From a phage, in the sequence record PZ386980.1: 64,000 bases of DNA, one strand, 5' to 3'. The notes beneath the pieces are model-generated. The model saw only the letters and a program-made list of their open reading frames with translations, was not told where the DNA came from and searched no databases. The translations under genes were made by a program, and so were the position numbers. Below are positions 60,013-64,000 of this stretch, one piece after another. Numbering within the stretch: the first letter of the stretch is position 1; each line of letters opens with the position of its first letter.

Positions 60013-61439
60013 TAAAATTTTAATTCATTTGCCAAAGCATCTAACTGAGCTCGAGCTGATTCATTTCTTTGATAGCGATTCTGTTCAGCCTGAATCTGTT
60101 GTGAACCTGCTACTTCACTCACTTCGGTTGGAGTAGAATCTTGTTCAATTTCTACCCATTTTTGATTTCCTTTTTGAACACCCATCAAAAACTTATTCCA
60201 CTTATTCTTATCACCATATCGTGATTTGATTTGCTTAATAAGTTGTTGTTCAGCAGCTGCTAGCTCCTCGGTTTCAATGACCGCAAGCATAAAATCAGCT
60301 GTTGCTGGAAGACCAGCAGATTCTGCAATATCGCTCATGTTAACATCGGAAGAGTCCCAAGCTTGTTTACCGACCTGTGCTGCAGTCCAAAGAACAGTTT
60401 CGGTTTCAACAGCCAGAGCACGCAATTCCTCTGCGATAGCTTTAACAGTTGTGTAACTATTTTCTGAATAAACTCTAATGCGGCAAGATTTACAAATACC
60501 TAGATAGTCGACAATAATGATTGTTGGAACAAAATTCTTTTTGAGCTTTAATTCATTTAAAAGTGATCGAAATGTATTAGCGTCTGCTCCACCAGTAGGA
60601 TATTGCTTAACGATTAAACGACCAAGGGTAGATTTCTCACGCCATTTTTCCATTTTTCCTTTATATTCAGCGTAAGAAATATGCCCATCATCAATGTCAT
60701 CAAGAGAAACATCAAGCATGTTAGCGTCAATACGCTTAGCACAGACTTCTTCTGCCATTTCCATGGAAATGTAAAGAACATTATGTCCGAGCTGTAAATA
60801 ATCTGCTGCTAATGAACACAATCCTAATGATTTACCAACGTTAACGCCAGCCATTAAAACGTTCAGTGTTCCAGTTTCAGCTCCGCCTTTCGTAATTTTG
60901 TTTAGAATTCTGAGTTTAAATGGAACTTTACGAGCTTTATTCATATAAGATAGCCAGCGTGCTTCGTAGTCATCCATCCAATCATGACCAACGTAGCTAT
61001 CAAATGAAATTGATAATGCTTGACGCATGATGTCAGGAATAGCACCAACATCCGGCATTTTCTTATTTCGTTTTTCCGGAGGAAGCTCAGCATTAGTTTG
61101 AATTTCGATTATTTTAGACGTAGCATTAAACATCGCCCTTTGCTGAACATATTTTTCTGTTTCTTTTACTAACCAGCTGTGGTCTTCTGGAGAATCGGCT
61201 AGTTTTGAAATAAGTGTTTTTACACCAGAATATTCCGTTTCAGTAAATGAACTATTTTCTAATGCAACATTTAACGCATTAATAGATGGAACGCTATGAT
61301 ACTCATTAACATGAGATTTAATTAATTTGAACGTATTTTTAGCTGGACCACTTTCAAAATATTCTGAATCCATATATGGCCAAACTTTTGAAAAATAAGC
61401 TTGATCAAATATAAGATGAGAAAGAATAATTTCTACCAC
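60012..61439 (-). CDS. 41: gp41 replicative DNA helicase
   Basis: 475 aa; Walker A GVNVGKS; matches recalled T4 gp41. Confidence 0.95.
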   Translation of the reverse strand: MVEIILSHLIFDQAYFSKVWPYMDSEYFESGPAKNTFKLIKSHVNEYHSVPSINALNVALENSSFTETEYSGVKTLISKLADSPEDHSWLVKETEKYVQQRAMFNATSKIIEIQTNAELPPEKRNKKMPDVGAIPDIMRQALSISFDSYVGHDWMDDYEARWLSYMNKARKVPFKLRILNKITKGGAETGTLNVLMAGVNVGKSLGLCSLAADYLQLGHNVLYISMEMAEEVCAKRIDANMLDVSLDDIDDGHISYAEYKGKMEKWREKSTLGRLIVKQYPTGGADANTFRSLLNELKLKKNFVPTIIIVDYLGICKSCRIRVYSENSYTTVKAIAEELRALAVETETVLWTAAQVGKQAWDSSDVNMSDIAESAGLPATADFMLAVIETEELAAAEQQLIKQIKSRYGDKNKWNKFLMGVQKGNQKWVEIEQDSTPTEVSEVAGSQQIQAEQNRYQRNESARAQLDALANELKF

Positions 61440-61448
61440 ACTTACTCC

Positions 61449-61793
61449 TTAAAAGAATTTAAACTTTTTCTTTGACCTTTTATTAAATGCATCTTGTAGT
61501 TGCATTGTAATACATTTTTCTACATGAGGAGCTAACTCAGCTTTTCTTTCTTGGTCAAGAACAGCAAAGTCCATTACGACTTTTCCATCAACCCAATCTA
61601 ATTTTGTCACATACACAATGTGTGTAGAACCATCTTCTAGTTTAATGACAATCTCCTGGATAACATTTTCCATGGCAGATTTAATTATCTTAAGAGATTC
61701 ATTAAAAAGACGTTCTTTTCTTTCTTCTTCCCCCTCCGAAGAGGGGGATTCATCGATAATTTCTAGATCTAAATCTAAATCATCTTTATTCAT
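61449..61793 (-). CDS. 40: gp40-like head-assembly protein
   Basis: track ORF trimmed to ATG 61793 (GGAAG RBS); acidic N-terminus; position between uvsX and 41 as in T4. Confidence 0.55.
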   Translation of the reverse strand: MNKDDLDLDLEIIDESPSSEGEEERKERLFNESLKIIKSAMENVIQEIVIKLEDGSTHIVYVTKLDWVDGKVVMDFAVLDQERKAELAPHVEKCITMQLQDAFNKRSKKKFKFF

Positions 61794-62967
61794 TAAATTC
61801 TTCCATATCACTTAACTGCTCGAGGTCAGTTTCTAAATCAGCAGCTGATTTACTTTTACTTTCTGGAGATTTAAATTTTTCAACCTTTGAGTTAATCAAT
61901 TCATCAACTTCAGCTTCAACAATTTCATTACTATCAATAGCACCTAACTGATAAGCACGTTTAATAGCATCTCGGAATGGTTGATGCTTAAATAAAGGAC
62001 CCCAGAATGTGGTGCAGTTGGTATCTTTTGCACGCCAAGATTTTTCTTCGCGAATCATCTCACCGGTTTCTTCATCAAGAAATTCACGAGCATACCAACC
62101 ATTTTTAGGTTTTACCACGAATCCTAATTCTAGAGCCATATCTAACAATCCAGAATAAGGATCGATACCGCCGTCAAATTTAACATCAATAAAGAATTTA
62201 CTTTTTTCTTTAACGGTACGAGATTTTTCTACATTTAGAACAAATTGATACCCTTGAAGATCAGAACCATCTTTAATCTGACGTTTACCGATAATGAATA
62301 CGGTATCAGCCGAATACATTACGCCTGTACCACCTGTCATCACGGTTTTACTAAACATTTCAATTGTTTCAATTGTATGGTTAACCGCAACACATGGAAT
62401 ATTTTTAATGCTAAAGTAAGGAGTAACAATACGGAATAATGACTTCAGTGATTTAGCACGAGTCATATCTGCCACAGATTTTTCATTCAAGGCATCTTCC
62501 GTTTCTTTCTTAGAAGCCATATTACCAATTGAGTCGATGAATACAATAACCTTTTCACCACGCTCAATAGCTTCAAGCTGGTTCACCATATCAATTTTCA
62601 GCTGTTCAACTGACTGAATCGGCGTATGAATTACTCGTTCCGGGTCAACTCCCATGGATCGCAAATAAGCTGGAGTAATACCAAATTCACTATCATAGAA
62701 TAGACAAACCGCGTCAGGATATTTGTTCAAATATGCCGCAACCATAGTCAAAGACATATTTGATTTAAAGTGTTTAGAAGGCCCTGCGAAAATAGTTAAA
62801 CCAGACTGCATGCCGCCATCAATCGCACCAGAAATAGCAATATTAAGCATTGGAATTTTTGTACGAATTACATCCTTTTCATTAAAGAATTTAGATGTAG
62901 TCAGTTCAGCAGTCATTTTAGAAGTGGAAGCTTTAATCAAACGGGATTTTAAATCTGCAATAGACAT
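61786..62967 (-). CDS. uvsX: UvsX recombinase (RecA-like)
   Basis: 393 aa; Walker A GPSKHFKS; matches recalled T4 UvsX. Confidence 0.95.
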   Translation of the reverse strand: MSIADLKSRLIKASTSKMTAELTTSKFFNEKDVIRTKIPMLNIAISGAIDGGMQSGLTIFAGPSKHFKSNMSLTMVAAYLNKYPDAVCLFYDSEFGITPAYLRSMGVDPERVIHTPIQSVEQLKIDMVNQLEAIERGEKVIVFIDSIGNMASKKETEDALNEKSVADMTRAKSLKSLFRIVTPYFSIKNIPCVAVNHTIETIEMFSKTVMTGGTGVMYSADTVFIIGKRQIKDGSDLQGYQFVLNVEKSRTVKEKSKFFIDVKFDGGIDPYSGLLDMALELGFVVKPKNGWYAREFLDEETGEMIREEKSWRAKDTNCTTFWGPLFKHQPFRDAIKRAYQLGAIDSNEIVEAEVDELINSKVEKFKSPESKSKSAADLETDLEQLSDMEEFNE

Positions 62968-63044
62968 TCATTTTTTCCATAGGCATCATTATATTTTCCT
63001 CACTGGTTAAAGATAGAGTAATTATAACACAATAAATTTAGGCA

Positions 63045-63887
63045 TTAATCAACTGCTATTGGATGAATAGCATTAAACTTATGAAATGCTTCTGATTTTT
63101 CTTTACGTGAAACGCACATGCGAAGAACCTTTAATGGTTCGTCTTCTTCACCCAACGATTTTCGTTTTTCAATATTAGAAGTTTTCCAACGAGCTTGCTC
63201 TGGAAACTCTCTATTAATCTGCTCAAGCGCTCTATTATGTTTAGAATTACTACGAATTGAACTGCACCCGCCAGGAGCTTGTGCTTTTCCAGATACAACT
63301 AGATATTTGAACAAGGCCAAATGCGGATAACCTTGATTAATTAAATTGAGAAATGCATACATATCTTCGCATAAATCAATTTTTCCATACCCAATTTGTT
63401 CTGTCGTAAGTTTTCCGAGGTCATACCATGTATTCGTGAATCCATATGAATTTTCACGATAATTACCCCAAGATGAAGTAATTTTAAAAATAGGTAGACG
63501 AGCATGGCCATGATAATACCCGCAATCCATGGCATCCTCAACATATTGAATCAATTCATAGAACTGTTCACGAGTCAATTGATTGACTTTATCTACGCAA
63601 CGACGATCATCTCTTTTTCGCATTGAACTCATACGAATAGTAGTATCATCGTCAATCATCCAGATTCGTTGACCTGCATACATATCGGTAATTGCTTTAC
63701 GAGTACCGGCAATTCCGTTTACATCATCAGGAATAGTTATAATTTTAGCTCTAGACCCATAAGCGTCATGATAAGCTTTTTCTTCATGTTCACGCACTAC
63801 AATATGCGGTTCATAATCAGTCGGAAACATATCAAGGGCAGAAACTGCCCTGACACGCTGATAACTTGGAATTACGAATTGAATCAT
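63045..63887 (-). CDS. GT-A-type glycosyltransferase (DxD motif), likely HMC-DNA glucosyltransferase of the T2/T6 beta-alpha type
   Basis: track ORF (GTG at 63893) trimmed to ATG 63887 overlapping gene 42 stop (ATGA); IWMIDDDTTI motif; unlike recalled T4 beta-gt. Confidence 0.55.
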   Translation of the reverse strand: MIQFVIPSYQRVRAVSALDMFPTDYEPHIVVREHEEKAYHDAYGSRAKIITIPDDVNGIAGTRKAITDMYAGQRIWMIDDDTTIRMSSMRKRDDRRCVDKVNQLTREQFYELIQYVEDAMDCGYYHGHARLPIFKITSSWGNYRENSYGFTNTWYDLGKLTTEQIGYGKIDLCEDMYAFLNLINQGYPHLALFKYLVVSGKAQAPGGCSSIRSNSKHNRALEQINREFPEQARWKTSNIEKRKSLGEEDEPLKVLRMCVSRKEKSEAFHKFNAIHPIAVD

Positions 63888-64000
63888 TTCCACTCACCTT
63901 TATAGTCTTTTTTCACAATATGAGTTTCGCCAGTATTCCACCAATGATCAACCAAGTAAAAATGACGAGAATATACATGAAGACTTCCGACATTCCATAT
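63884..64000 (-). CDS. 42: dCMP hydroxymethylase, C-terminal 38 codons only; gene starts right of window
   Basis: in-frame translation from the right window edge ..IWNVGSLHVYSRHFYLVDHWWNTGETHIVKKDYKGEWK-stop; TS-family-like; position upstream of the glycosyltransferase. Confidence 0.65.
   Translation of the reverse strand: MWNVGSLHVYSRHFYLVDHWWNTGETHIVKKDYKGEWK

Noticed and set aside
63001-63047. Possible MotA-type middle promoter upstream of uvsX (TAATGCC - 11 nt - TATAAT on minus strand)
   Set aside because: The MotA box has two mismatches to TGCTT(T/C)A; too weak to call from sequence alone.

Overview
This 64-kb window is a contiguous segment of a T-even (T4-like, Tequatrovirus-type) myovirus genome. 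Gene content and order match my recollection of T4 from the 30.x region through rIII, 31, cd, pseT, the spanin pair, alc, rnlA(63), denA, nrdB, nrdA, td, frd, 32, 59, 33, dsbA, rnh, the long-tail-fibre genes 34-38, holin t, asiA, arn, motA, 52, stp, ndd, denB, rIIB, rIIA, 39, dexA, dda, modA, modB, soc, 56, 61, sp, dmd, 41, 40, uvsX, a glycosyltransferase and the 3' end of gene 42. Early and middle genes lie on the minus strand; only the tail-fibre/holin block and one 66-aa ORF are on the plus strand. Several traits are T2/T6-like rather than T4-like: gene 39 is one continuous 606-codon ORF (no gene 60 split), td and nrdB are intron-free, no homing-endonuclease ORFs are seen, gp38 is a glycine-rich adhesin, and the uvsX-42 slot holds a DxD-type glycosyltransferase. 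I found no rRNA, tRNA or CRISPR array. I did not find a self-contained novel system; the most interesting material is in accessory islands (the 61-41 interval, a tandem three-gene paralog family, a NADAR-like ORF, a Cys-rich-tail ORF) and in the regulatory layer: 16 near-identical early-promoter cassettes whose positions independently support my revised start codons, CUUCGG-type hairpins, and late and MotA-type promoters. All product names rest on recalled similarity to T4 proteins, not on a database search.
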